Assembly: GCA_963762145.1 (NCBI GenBank) | Contig: CAVXJS010000021.1 | Coordinates: 544,001 to 608,000, forward strand | Source of the DNA: an uncultured Candidatus Rokubacteria bacterium | Lineage (GTDB): Bacteria; Methylomirabilota; Methylomirabilia; Rokubacteriales; CSP1-6 | Length of the DNA stretch: 64,000 nucleotides | Direction of reading: 5' to 3' | Part shown: positions 9,847 through 18,794 of the stretch, in pieces | Layout of the letters: each line of letters starts with the position of its first letter | Position numbering within the stretch: position 1 is the first letter of the stretch | Translations under genes and position numbers: made by a program | The notes under the pieces: model-generated | Databases searched by the model: none | What the model was told of the DNA's origin: nothing | Seen by the model: only the letters and a program-made list of their open reading frames with translations

Positions 9847-11019
9847 CTAGCCGCGACGGCTGCCCGCCCGCAATGTCAGTAGGGTCACGACCCCCGCCAC
9901 CAGTCCCCAGAATGCGGAGCCGACGCCCGAGAGGGTCACCCCGGACGCGGTCACCAGGAACGTGACGAGCGCCGGCTCGCGTTGATTCTCGTCGCGGAGC
10001 GCCGCGGCCAGCCCGTTGCCGATGGTGGCGAAGAGGGCCAGCCCCGCGATGGCCGCGACGAGCTCGCGCGGGAAGGCCGCGAAGAGGCCGACCACCGTGG
10101 CTCCGAGCAGGCCCACCGCCACGTAGAAGGCCCCGGCGGCCATGGCCGCCACGTAGCGGCGCCGCGGATCCTCGTGCGCCTCGCGGCCCATGCAGATGGC
10201 GGCCGTGATGGCGGCCAGGTTCAGCGCGAAGGCCCCGAAGGGGGCCAGCGCGAGATTGGCCAGGCCCGTCCAGCCGATGATCGGCGAGACCGGCACCGCG
10301 TAGCCGGACGCGCGGATCACCGCCACGCCCGGCACGTTCTGGGACGCCATGGTGACGACGAAGAGCGGCAGGGCCACCCCGATCAGGGCGCCGACGGTGA
10401 AGCGCGGCGTCACCCAGACCGGCGCCGCCAGCGCCAGCCGCGCCTCGTCCAGCCGCAGCAGGCCCTGGCCGGCGGCCACCGCCACGCCCGCGACCAGGGC
10501 CGCGATCACCGCGTAGCGCGGGGTCAGCCGCCGCGCGACCAGGTAGACCGCGAACATGCCGAAGGCGAGCGCGAAGCGGGTTCGCATGGCCAGGAACACG
10601 TCGAGCCCGAAGCGCAGCAGCACGCCCGCGAGCATGCCGGAGGCGATCGCCACCGGGATGCGGTCCATCGCCCGCTCGAACCAGCCGGAGAAGCCGGCGA
10701 TCGTGATCAGGGCGGCCGATACCAGGAAGGCGCCCGTGGCCTCCTCGATGGTGAGCCCGGCGGCGCTGGTCACGAGCAGGGCCGCCCCGGGAGTGGACCA
10801 GGCCGTGACCACCGGCGCCCGGTAGCGGAGCGAGAGCAGGATGCAGGTCAGCCCCATCCCGAGGCCGAGCGCGAGCATCCACGAGCTCACCTGGGCCGGG
10901 GTCGCGCCGACCGCGCCGGCGGCCTGGAGCACGATCACCGCCGAGCTGGCGAACCCCACCAGCACGGTCACGAAGCCGGCGGTCACCGCCGATACGGACA
11001 GGTCCCGGGCCACAGACAC
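9847..11019 (-). CDS. benE: Benzoate/H+ symporter BenE family transporter
   Basis: AWSTPGAALL, TMASQNVPG, NLAAITAAIC, FLVTASG, GSAFWG. Confidence 0.92.
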   Translation of the reverse strand: MSVARDLSVSAVTAGFVTVLVGFASSAVIVLQAAGAVGATPAQVSSWMLALGLGMGLTCILLSLRYRAPVVTAWSTPGAALLVTSAAGLTIEEATGAFLVSAALITIAGFSGWFERAMDRIPVAIASGMLAGVLLRFGLDVFLAMRTRFALAFGMFAVYLVARRLTPRYAVIAALVAGVAVAAGQGLLRLDEARLALAAPVWVTPRFTVGALIGVALPLFVVTMASQNVPGVAVIRASGYAVPVSPIIGWTGLANLALAPFGAFALNLAAITAAICMGREAHEDPRRRYVAAMAAGAFYVAVGLLGATVVGLFAAFPRELVAAIAGLALFATIGNGLAAALRDENQREPALVTFLVTASGVTLSGVGSAFWGLVAGVVTLLTLRAGSRRG

Positions 11020-11041
11020 CCGGCCACTATATACTCCCGGC
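11020..11041. promoter_or_regulatory. Bidirectional leaderless -10 element between benE and the ABC permease
   Basis: TATACT (+, 11030-35) is 6 nt before GTG 11042; TATAGT (-, 11031-26) is 6 nt before GTG 11019. Confidence 0.7.
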
Positions 11042-11971
11042 GTGCGCGCCTACCTCCTGTCCCGGCTCGGACAGACCGTACTCGTCGTCTTCCTCTCGCT
11101 GACCGCCGTCTTCTTCCTCATGCGCCTCGGCGGGGACCCGGTCTTGTTATTCCTGCCCATGGACATCCAGGCCAAGGACCTCACCGAGTTCCGCGAGCGC
11201 CTGGGCTTCAACGATCCGGTGGCGGTGCAGTACGGCCGCTTCGTCGGGCGCGCGATGCACGGCGACTTCGGCGAGTCGCTGCGCTACAAGCAGGACGCTC
11301 TCGGTCTCGTCCTGGAGCGGCTGCCCGCCACCCTCTACCTGGCGCTCGCCGCGCTCGGGCTCACCTTCCTGATCGCGGTGCCGGTCGGCGTGCTCTCGGC
11401 GGTGCGCCGCGGCTCGCTCTTCGACTTCTTCGGCATGGGCGCCGCGGTGCTGGGCCAGGCCATCCCCGGCTTCTGGCTCGGCCTCATGCTGATCTACCTC
11501 TTCTCGGTCAAGCTCGGCTGGCTGCCCACCGGGGGCACCGGCGGCGTGCGCCACTTCGTGATGCCGTGCGTGGTGCTGGCCTCGTTCTACGCCGCCCGGA
11601 TGGCGCGGCTCACCCGCTCCTCGGTGCTCGACACGCTCAACGAGGAGTTCGTGCTCACCGCGCGGGCCAAGGGCCTCGCGGAGTGGGTCGTCATCGCCAA
11701 GCACGCGCTCAAGAACTCGGCGATCCCGATCGTGACCCTCGCCGGCCTCGACACCGGCCAGCTCCTGGGCGGCGCGGTCATCACCGAGACCATCTTCGCC
11801 TGGCCCGGGCTCGGCCGGCTCACGGTGCAGGCGCTGCTCAATCGCGACTTCCCGGTGGTGCTCGCCGCGGTGTTCATCTTCTCGGTCACCTACACCCTGA
11901 TCAATCTCGTGGTGGATCTGCTCTACGGCTGGCTCGATCCCCGCACCCGGACGCGGGCGGCCCGCGCGTGA
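11042..11971 (+). CDS. Peptide/nickel ABC transporter permease (DppB-like)
   Basis: GDFGES, RLPAT, TARAKGL, GGAVITETIFAWPGLG. Confidence 0.92.
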   Translation: MRAYLLSRLGQTVLVVFLSLTAVFFLMRLGGDPVLLFLPMDIQAKDLTEFRERLGFNDPVAVQYGRFVGRAMHGDFGESLRYKQDALGLVLERLPATLYLALAALGLTFLIAVPVGVLSAVRRGSLFDFFGMGAAVLGQAIPGFWLGLMLIYLFSVKLGWLPTGGTGGVRHFVMPCVVLASFYAARMARLTRSSVLDTLNEEFVLTARAKGLAEWVVIAKHALKNSAIPIVTLAGLDTGQLLGGAVITETIFAWPGLGRLTVQALLNRDFPVVLAAVFIFSVTYTLINLVVDLLYGWLDPRTRTRAARA

Positions 11972-12792
11972 AGACCTTCCTCCGGCGGCACGGGCGCGGC
12001 GTCCTCGGGCTCATCATCGCGGGGCTGGTGGTGGTGGCCGCGGTCGCCGCGCCGCTGCTGGTCGGCCAGGATCCGCTGCGGAGCGACTTCGCGGTGGGCC
12101 TCCAGCCGCCCGGCACCCCGGGCCACCCGCTCGGCACCGACCAGCTCGGCCGCGATCTCCTCGCCCGTGTGCTCTACGGCGCGCGGGTGGCGCTCTTCAT
12201 CGGGCTCTGCTGCGTGCTGCTGACCGCGGTGGTGGGCGGGCTCGCCGGCCTCCTCGCCGGCTACTACGAGGGGTGGCTCGGCGCGGTGGTCATGCGGGTG
12301 GCCGACGTGCAGCTCTCGTTTCCGTTCATCCTGCTCGCGCTCACCATCAACGCGATCGTGGGGCTCGGATTGCGCAACATCATCGTGAGTTTGTCAGTCG
12401 CGGGCTGGGTCGTGTATGCTCGCGTCGTCCGTGGGGAGGTCCTGTCGGTGAAGGAGCGCGAGTTCGTGCACGCGGCCCAGGCCCTGGGACTCGGCCGGGC
12501 GCGGCTGCTCTTCCGGCACATCCTGCCCAACGTGGCGCCGTCCATCGTGATCGTGGCCAGTCTCCAGTTCGCCCAGTTCATCGTGGCCGAGGCCGCCATC
12601 TCGTTCCTCGGCTTCGGGGTGCAGCCGCCGACGCCGGCGTGGGGCAGCATGCTCTCGGAGAGCCGCGACTATCTCTACGTGGCCTGGTGGCTCGCCGCGT
12701 TCCCGGGCGCCGCGCTCGCGGTGACCGCGCTCGGCATCAATCTGGTGGGCGACTGGCTGCGCGACGTGCTGGACCCGAAGTTCCGCGTCTGA
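11968..12792 (+). CDS. Peptide/nickel ABC transporter permease (DppC-like)
   Basis: HPLGTDQLGRD, RHILPN, EAAISFLGFG, WGSML. Confidence 0.92.
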   Translation: MKTFLRRHGRGVLGLIIAGLVVVAAVAAPLLVGQDPLRSDFAVGLQPPGTPGHPLGTDQLGRDLLARVLYGARVALFIGLCCVLLTAVVGGLAGLLAGYYEGWLGAVVMRVADVQLSFPFILLALTINAIVGLGLRNIIVSLSVAGWVVYARVVRGEVLSVKEREFVHAAQALGLGRARLLFRHILPNVAPSIVIVASLQFAQFIVAEAAISFLGFGVQPPTPAWGSMLSESRDYLYVAWWLAAFPGAALAVTALGINLVGDWLRDVLDPKFRV

Positions 12793-12817
12793 ACATCGAA
12801 CCAACGAGGAGGCTTTC

Positions 12818-14344
12818 ATGAGGCGCTTCACGACGCTACTGACCGCGCTCGCCGTGCTGCTCGGCCTCGCGGCGTCCGCCCCCGCCCAGGATCGGGTCCG
12901 GGCCAAGGAGGTCGTGGTGGCCTTCGCGGCCGAGCCGCGCACGCTCCTGCCCAACACGATCGTGGACTGGACCACCAACAACATGGTCGAGCACATGTAC
13001 GACCGCCTGGTGGACCGCGATCCCAAGACCTACAAGCCGTCGCCGATGCTGGCCACCGGCTGGAAGGTGGTCAACGACACCACGTGGGAGTTCACGCTGC
13101 GCCGCAACGTGAAGTTCCACAACGGGGAGGTCTTCGACGCCCAGAGCGTGAAGGCCACCATGGACTACATCAAGGACCCCGCGAACAAGACCCACTACAT
13201 GCCGCGCTGGGCCCTGGTGAAGGAGGTCCAGATCGTCAACGACTACACCGTCCGCTTCGTCACCGAGAAGCCGTGGCCCGGCCTCATCGACCGCATCGCG
13301 GGCAGCGACTTCCTCCCGATGCCGCCCAAGGCCCTCAAGGACCAGGGCGTGCAGGCGCTCGCGACCAAGCCGATCGGCACCGGGGCCTTCCGCTTCGTGC
13401 AGTGGGCCCGCGACGAGAAGCTCGTGGTCGAGCGCAACCCGGACTACTGGCAGACTCCGGCCGAGGCGAACCGGGTGACCTTCCGCTTCATCCCCGAGTT
13501 CAGCGCCCGGCTCGCCGCGCTCCTGGCGGGCGAGATCGACATCATGAAGGACGTGCCGCCCCAGAACGTGGAGATGCTCGAGAAGAGCGGCAAGGCCCGG
13601 CTGCGCGCCACCGTCTCCTCCCGCATCAACTACCTGGCGCTGGTGAACCTCAAGCCGGGGCCGATGCAGGACATCCGGGTGCGCAAGGCGATCCACGCCT
13701 CGGTGAACGTGGACGAGCTGATCCAGCAGGTGCTCAAGGGCCGGGCCACCAAGATGTGCGGCTCGCTCTCCCCGATCAACGTGGACTACTCGCCGAAGCC
13801 CCAGTGCTGGAAGTACGATCCCGCGCAGGCCCAGGCCCTCTTCAAGGAAGCGGGCGTGGACCCGACCAAGCTGCAGCTCACGCTCGACACCCCGTCCGGG
13901 CGCTACCCGCTCGACAAGGACATCTCGCTCGCCATCGCGGCCCAGCTCCAGCGGGTCGGCATCAAGACCAACGTGGTGGTGAACGAGTGGGGCACGCATC
14001 TGGACAAGATCAAGAACCGCACCACCGGGGACATGTTCTTCCTGGGCTGGGGGCCCGCGCTGGACGCGCAGAACACCATCGAGCAGCTCTTCATCGGCAA
14101 GCAGACCTATTCGTCCTACGGCAACAACGAGGCCCTCGAGGCCAAGATCAACCAGGCGGTCACCGTGGTGGATCCCAAGAAGCGGCTCGAGGCGTGGGCC
14201 GAGATCCAGCAGCAGGTGCGGGACGAGGCGCCGTGGGTCTTCCTCTGGCAGCAGCACGACCTCTACGGGGTCGCCAACTGGATCGAGTGGACGCCGCGGG
14301 CGGATGAGCGCATCTGGATGTACGAGGCGAAGCTCGCGCGGTAG
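12818..14344 (+). CDS. ABC transporter substrate-binding protein, family 5
   Basis: Signal peptide; LRRNVKFHNG, PIGTGAF, NPDYW; SD GAGGAGG. No ATPase gene in the locus. Confidence 0.92.
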   Translation: MRRFTTLLTALAVLLGLAASAPAQDRVRAKEVVVAFAAEPRTLLPNTIVDWTTNNMVEHMYDRLVDRDPKTYKPSPMLATGWKVVNDTTWEFTLRRNVKFHNGEVFDAQSVKATMDYIKDPANKTHYMPRWALVKEVQIVNDYTVRFVTEKPWPGLIDRIAGSDFLPMPPKALKDQGVQALATKPIGTGAFRFVQWARDEKLVVERNPDYWQTPAEANRVTFRFIPEFSARLAALLAGEIDIMKDVPPQNVEMLEKSGKARLRATVSSRINYLALVNLKPGPMQDIRVRKAIHASVNVDELIQQVLKGRATKMCGSLSPINVDYSPKPQCWKYDPAQAQALFKEAGVDPTKLQLTLDTPSGRYPLDKDISLAIAAQLQRVGIKTNVVVNEWGTHLDKIKNRTTGDMFFLGWGPALDAQNTIEQLFIGKQTYSSYGNNEALEAKINQAVTVVDPKKRLEAWAEIQQQVRDEAPWVFLWQQHDLYGVANWIEWTPRADERIWMYEAKLAR

Positions 14345-14467
14345 GGCGCTGAAAAAGGCCCATCTGCTTCGTTGGCGCCCTCGTCCGCACGCTCGACGTA
14401 CAGAGAGTACGCCTCGCGTGCGGCCGTCGGGCGCCGCCTCGCATCTGGACCTTTTTGAGCGCCCTAC
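14341..14467. repeat. ~127-bp nested palindrome / MITE-like element between convergent genes
   Basis: GTAGGGCGCTGAAAAAGG...CCTTTTTGAGCGCCCTAC ends with inner paired arms (GGCGCCC/GGGCGCC, CCGCACGC/GCGTGCGG, CGTAC/GTACG). Confidence 0.8.
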
Positions 14468-14737
14468 TTACTTCTTGTCCATCTTGTCCTTGTCCATCAT
14501 CTTGCCGTCCTTCTTCATCTTGTCGTCTTTCATCATCTTGTCCTGTTTCATCTTGTCGTCCATCTTCATCTTGTCGTCCTTCATCTTCTCGTCCATCTTC
14601 ATCTTGTCGTCCTTCATCTTCTCGTCCATCTTCATCTTGTCGTCCTTCATCTTGTCGCCGCTCGGGGTCTGCGCGTACCCGACCGCGGGCATCGCCGCCA
14701 CGAGCATCACCGCCGCCACCTGGATCCAGCGCCGCAT
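14468..14737 (-). CDS. Secreted Met/Lys/Asp-rich pentapeptide (MXKDX-like) repeat protein
   Basis: Signal peptide then DKMKDDKMKMDEKMK repeats; SD GGGAGG. Confidence 0.85.
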   Translation of the reverse strand: MRRWIQVAAVMLVAAMPAVGYAQTPSGDKMKDDKMKMDEKMKDDKMKMDEKMKDDKMKMDDKMKQDKMMKDDKMKKDGKMMDKDKMDKK

Positions 14738-14824
14738 GAGAAGCCTCCCTCGCCAAGGATGGTGCTGCTGGCTCGAGGGTAGTTCGCGGCGCGGACGGGG
14801 TGTCACACGCCCGTGAACTTCTCG

Positions 14825-14986
14825 TCAATTCGAGCGGAGCGCCGGCGGCGGAGCCTCCGGCAGCTCTTCGTCCTCGGGCATCGGCTCCGGCAACGCCTGT
14901 TCTGCCTCCGCCAGGATCTCCTTGGCGGGGTCGGTCAGGTCCGACAGCTCGCGGATCGCCAGGTCGTACCAGTTGTCCATCGGCAC
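14825..14986 (-). CDS. Small acidic hypothetical protein
   Basis: SD GAGGTG before GTG 14986; (V)PMDNWYDLAIRELSDLTDPAKEILAEAE... Confidence 0.55.
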   Translation of the reverse strand: MPMDNWYDLAIRELSDLTDPAKEILAEAEQALPEPMPEDEELPEAPPPALRSN

Positions 14987-15047
14987 GGTGTCACCTCGCT
15001 CGGCGCGCTCGGCCGCGCGCCTTTCGTTTGATGTCTCGAGGGGGAGA

Positions 15048-15063
15048 AGCACGCCCAATGCCA
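15048..15063 (-). promoter_or_regulatory. sigma54 -24/-12 promoter candidate
   Basis: TGGCATTGGGCGTGCT (GG-N10-GC) upstream of the 14986 gene. Confidence 0.5.
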
Positions 15064-15225
15064 GGCCATTTCAGCCATATTTTCAGGTACTTGCCGGCCT
15101 GGGCGCCGGCCGGCCCGAGGGCAGAATGCCCACCGCGCGGACAGGTCTCCTGACCCGCCGCGTCACGGGAAAGCCTGCTAGAATTCGGCCGCTGACCCCT
15201 CAACCCCGAGTCCCGGAGGCGCCCC

Positions 15226-16461
15226 ATGGCGATCACGGTCTTCACCAACGCGTTCCTGATCGACTGCACGGGCAAGGACCCCATGGAGGGCGCCGCAGTC
15301 GTGGTGGAGGGCGAGCGCATCAAGGACGTGATCGCCTCCGGCAAGGTCGGGCCGCTCCCCGGCAAGGTGGACACGGTGGATCTCAAGGGCCGCACGCTCA
15401 TGCCGGGCCTCACCGACGCGCACGTGCACGTGTGCGCGGTGGAGGGCAACATCCCCGAGCAGCATCGCCACAACCCCCCGAGCCTCATCGCGGCGAAGGC
15501 CCTCCGTCGCATGGAGCAGTGCCTGATGCAGGGCTTCACCACCGTGCGCGACGCGGGCGGCGCCGACTACGGCTTCCGCGAGGCCGCCGAGTCCGGTCTC
15601 TACCCGGGGCCGCGCATGCTGGTCTCGGGGCGGCCGCTCTCGCAGACCGGCGGGCACGCCGACAAGCGCCGCCGCTCGGAGTGGATCGAGCCGGTGGACT
15701 GCTGCGTGGGCATGGCGGGGATGATCGCCGATGGGGCCGACGAGGTGCGGAAGGCCGCGCGCGAGAACCTCCGCCACGACGTGGACCAGATCAAGATCAT
15801 GGCCTCGGGCGGCGCGATGTCCCCCGGCGACGAGCTCGACACGACGCAGTACACGGTGGACGAGATGCGGGCGGCGGTGGAGGAGGCGCGCGCGGTCGGC
15901 AAGTACGTGCTGGCCCACGCCTACTCCGGCTCCGCGATCCGGAACGCGATCCAGGCCGGCGTGCGCTGCATCGAGCACGGCAACCTGCTGGACGAGGCGG
16001 GCGCGCAGGCCATCAAGAAGGCGGGCGCCTACCTCGTGCCGACCATGGTGACCTACGAAGCCATCTCGCGCGAGGGCAAGAACTACGGCATCGGCGACCA
16101 CCAGATCCAGAAGATCAACCTGGCGCTCGAGAAGAGCCTGGAAGGCCTCACCCACGCCTACCGCGCGGGATGCAAGATCGGCTCGGGCTCGGACCTGCTC
16201 GGCGACATGCAGTCGCAGCGCGCGATGGAGTTCGAGCTGAAGGGCCAGGTGATGAAGCCGATGGAGGTGCTGGTCTCGGCCACCATGGTCAACGCGGAAA
16301 TTTTCAGAATGGCTGACCGAATCGGCTCGGTCGAGCCGGGCAAGTACGCCGACCTGCTCGTGGTGGACGGCGATCCGCTCAAGAACCTGCGCGTCTTCCA
16401 GAACACCGGGCACATCCACGCCATCGTAAAGGGCGGCGTGTTCGTCAAGCGCGCGCTGTAG
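15226..16461 (+). CDS. Metal-dependent amidohydrolase (Xaa-Pro dipeptidase-like)
   Basis: MPGLTDAHVH, GFTTVRDAGG, QTGGHAD, IKIMASGG, AHA, IEHG, GSD, GKYADL. Confidence 0.92.
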   Translation: MAITVFTNAFLIDCTGKDPMEGAAVVVEGERIKDVIASGKVGPLPGKVDTVDLKGRTLMPGLTDAHVHVCAVEGNIPEQHRHNPPSLIAAKALRRMEQCLMQGFTTVRDAGGADYGFREAAESGLYPGPRMLVSGRPLSQTGGHADKRRRSEWIEPVDCCVGMAGMIADGADEVRKAARENLRHDVDQIKIMASGGAMSPGDELDTTQYTVDEMRAAVEEARAVGKYVLAHAYSGSAIRNAIQAGVRCIEHGNLLDEAGAQAIKKAGAYLVPTMVTYEAISREGKNYGIGDHQIQKINLALEKSLEGLTHAYRAGCKIGSGSDLLGDMQSQRAMEFELKGQVMKPMEVLVSATMVNAEIFRMADRIGSVEPGKYADLLVVDGDPLKNLRVFQNTGHIHAIVKGGVFVKRAL

Positions 16462-16468
16462 CCGCGCG

Positions 16469-16500
16469 GATCGAGAAGCGGCCATCGACGGCATCCCGGC
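16469..16500 (+). repeat. Intergenic copy of ATPase coding sequence 23348-23380
   Basis: GATCGAG(G)AAGCGGCCATCGACGGCATCCCGGC; identical except for one G. Confidence 0.8.
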
Positions 16501-16683
16501 GGAACGCCGCCGGGTCTTCATGTCTCCTGTTCCCCATTGGGCACGGCGCGCGCGCTGGTCAAGGACCTTCGCGCCCCCCGACTCTGCCGCCGACCGAGTC
16601 TCGAGTCAATCTGCCGCCCGCCGCTCGTTCTGATACAATCCGCCGCGGCCCCGATCGGGAGGGGCGACCGAAAGGAGCCGCGA

Positions 16684-17061
16684 GTGCGTCAAGTAGTCCG
16701 GACCGGCCTGGCCCCGGAGCCGGCACCGTTCTCCCATGCGGTGGTGGCGAATGGCATGCTCTTCACCGCGCACCTGCCCATCCGGCCCGACGGATCGGCG
16801 GAGACCGGGAGCGCCGCCGCGCAGGCGGAGCTGGCGCTGGGCAACCTGCAGCGCGCCGTCGAGGCCGCGGGCGCCACCATGAACGATGTGGCCCAGGTGA
16901 TCCTCTACATCACCCGCATCGAGGACAAGGCGGCGATCGACGAGGTCTACGCTCGCTACTTCCGGCCGCCGTATCCGTCCCGGGCGTGCGTGGTGGTGGC
17001 GGGCCTGGTCGTTCCCGGCACCCGGCTCGAAGTGCTCGCCTACGCCGCGATGCCGGCCTAG
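16684..17061 (+). CDS. RidA/YjgF-family protein
   Basis: PFSHAVV, QAELALGNL, VYARYFRPPYPSRACV, LEV; SD AAGGAG. Confidence 0.88.
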   Translation: MRQVVRTGLAPEPAPFSHAVVANGMLFTAHLPIRPDGSAETGSAAAQAELALGNLQRAVEAAGATMNDVAQVILYITRIEDKAAIDEVYARYFRPPYPSRACVVVAGLVVPGTRLEVLAYAAMPA

Positions 17062-17102
17062 CGACGATGCGGTCTCATTCACCCCAACGCGGGAGGCTCC
17101 CC

Positions 17103-18191
17103 ATGCAGCGACGAAGGTTCCTCGTGAAGGCCGGCGGAGTGCTCGTGGCCGCCGGCACGGCGGCCGTGATCGATGCTCCCAACGTGATCGCCCAGCCACG
17201 GGTCCAGTGGCGAATGCCCACCATGTGGCCGCCGGCGCTCGACATCCTGCAAGGCAATGCGCAGAAGTTCGCCAAGATCGTCGACGATCTGACCGGCGGC
17301 CGTCTCAAGATCCAGGTATTCGCGGGCGGAGAGCTGATGCCCGCCAGCGGCGTCTTCGACGCGTGCCTGCAGGGTACCGTCGAGGCGTTCAACGGAGCCG
17401 CGTACTACTGGGCGGGTAAGGAGAACGCCCTGCAGTGGTTCACGTCCGTGCCGTTCGGGCTCAACACGCAGGGATACACCGCGTGGTACCAGCACGGTGA
17501 CGGGCTCGCGCTCTGGGAGGAGGCCTACGCGCCCTTCGGGGTGGTGCCGCGGCCCGGGCAGTCGACCAATCCCCAGATGGGCGGATGGTTCCGGAAGAAG
17601 ATCAACACCATCGACGACCTGAAGGGCCTCAAGATCCGTATTCCCGGCCTCGCGGGTAAGGTGTACGCGAAGGCGGGTGCGGCGGTGGTGCTCCTGCCGC
17701 CGGGCGAGATCTACACCGCGCTGGAGCGCGGGACCATCGACGCGGCCGAGTTCATCGGGCCGCACGACGACCTCAAGCTGGGCTTCCAGAACGCGGCTCG
17801 GTACTACTATTACCCGGGCTGGCAGGAGGCCACTTCCATCGCGGAGTTCAGCTTCAACAAGAAGCACTACGACGGCCTGCCGGTCGATTCCCGCCGGGCC
17901 CTCGATTACGCCGCCGCGGTGATCCTCGCGAGCTCCGACGCGGAGTACTTCGTCAAGAATGCGACCGGGCTCCAGCGTCTCAACACCGAGTTCAAGACCA
18001 AGGTGGAGCTGATCAAGTTCCCCGATGCCCTGCTCGACGGGGCACGGAAGGTGGCCGCCCAGGTCATGCAGGAGGAAGCCGACAAGAGCCCCTTGGCCAA
18101 GAAGGTGGCCGCCGCATACACGAAGTTCGTGGCCACCACTGCCGACTGGGCCAAGGTCGAGGGCGCGTACTACAGCACCCTGAGCAACTAG
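17103..18191 (+). CDS. dctP: TRAP substrate-binding protein (TakP-like) with Tat signal
   Basis: MQRRRFL Tat motif; QMGGWFRKKIN, DLKGLKIRIPG, EIYTALERGTID. Confidence 0.92.
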   Translation: MQRRRFLVKAGGVLVAAGTAAVIDAPNVIAQPRVQWRMPTMWPPALDILQGNAQKFAKIVDDLTGGRLKIQVFAGGELMPASGVFDACLQGTVEAFNGAAYYWAGKENALQWFTSVPFGLNTQGYTAWYQHGDGLALWEEAYAPFGVVPRPGQSTNPQMGGWFRKKINTIDDLKGLKIRIPGLAGKVYAKAGAAVVLLPPGEIYTALERGTIDAAEFIGPHDDLKLGFQNAARYYYYPGWQEATSIAEFSFNKKHYDGLPVDSRRALDYAAAVILASSDAEYFVKNATGLQRLNTEFKTKVELIKFPDALLDGARKVAAQVMQEEADKSPLAKKVAAAYTKFVATTADWAKVEGAYYSTLSN

Positions 18192-18204
18192 CTCGATCCA
18201 ATCG

Positions 18205-18240
18205 CACGGGCGGCCGACCTCACGGGTCGGCCGTCCTGTG
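18205..18240 (+). terminator. Intergenic stem-loop after dctP (attenuator or mRNA stabiliser)
   Basis: CACGGGCGGCCGACC-TCACG-GGTCGGCCGTCCTGTG; no poly-T tail. Confidence 0.5.
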
Positions 18241-18256
18241 TTGAGGGAGGAGGTGC

Positions 18257-18790
18257 GTGATGCGTGAGCTGGCCCGGAGGATAGACCGCTTCCAGGAGCG
18301 GTTCGGGCGCGGCGTCTCGTGGCTATCGCTGGGAATGGTTCTCGTCGTGTTCGGCGACGTCATCTGCCGCTATGTGTTCCGAATCACGTCCGGGGCCACG
18401 CAAGAGCTCGAGTGGTACCTCTTCGGCACGCTCTACCTCCTCGCCGCCGGCTACACCCTCCTGCACGACGAGCACGTCCGCGTCGACATCGTGTACTCGA
18501 AGCTCTCGCCCCGGCGGCGGGCGTTGCTCGACTTCGTCCTGTTCTGGCTATTCTTCTTCCCGTCCTGCGCGGTCGTCATCTACTCCGCCTGGCCTTTCGT
18601 GTGGACAGCATGGTCGGTGTGGGAGGGCTCCCCCGACCCGGGAGGGCTCCCGCTCCGCTGGCTGCTCAAATCCATGATCATAGTGGGCTTCCTGCTCCTG
18701 TTCCTCCAGGGTGTTTCACAGACTATCAAGTCGTTCTACTGGGCGATGGGCTGGGAGGCGCCCACGCCCGGGCGGGTGGAGGCCAGCTGA
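18257..18790 (+). CDS. dctQ: TRAP small permease
   Basis: QELEWYLF, HVRVD, EGSPDPGGLP. Confidence 0.9.
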   Translation: MMRELARRIDRFQERFGRGVSWLSLGMVLVVFGDVICRYVFRITSGATQELEWYLFGTLYLLAAGYTLLHDEHVRVDIVYSKLSPRRRALLDFVLFWLFFFPSCAVVIYSAWPFVWTAWSVWEGSPDPGGLPLRWLLKSMIIVGFLLLFLQGVSQTIKSFYWAMGWEAPTPGRVEAS

Positions 18791-18794
18791 GGCG

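Noticed and set aside
14468-14660. Tandem DNA repeats as a non-coding array
   Set aside because: Fully explained by the M/K/D repeat protein on the minus strand.
16537-16555. sigma54-like GGCACGGCGCGCGC upstream of ridA
   Set aside because: Lacks the TTGC/TGC -12 element, so it is likely a chance match in GC-rich DNA.
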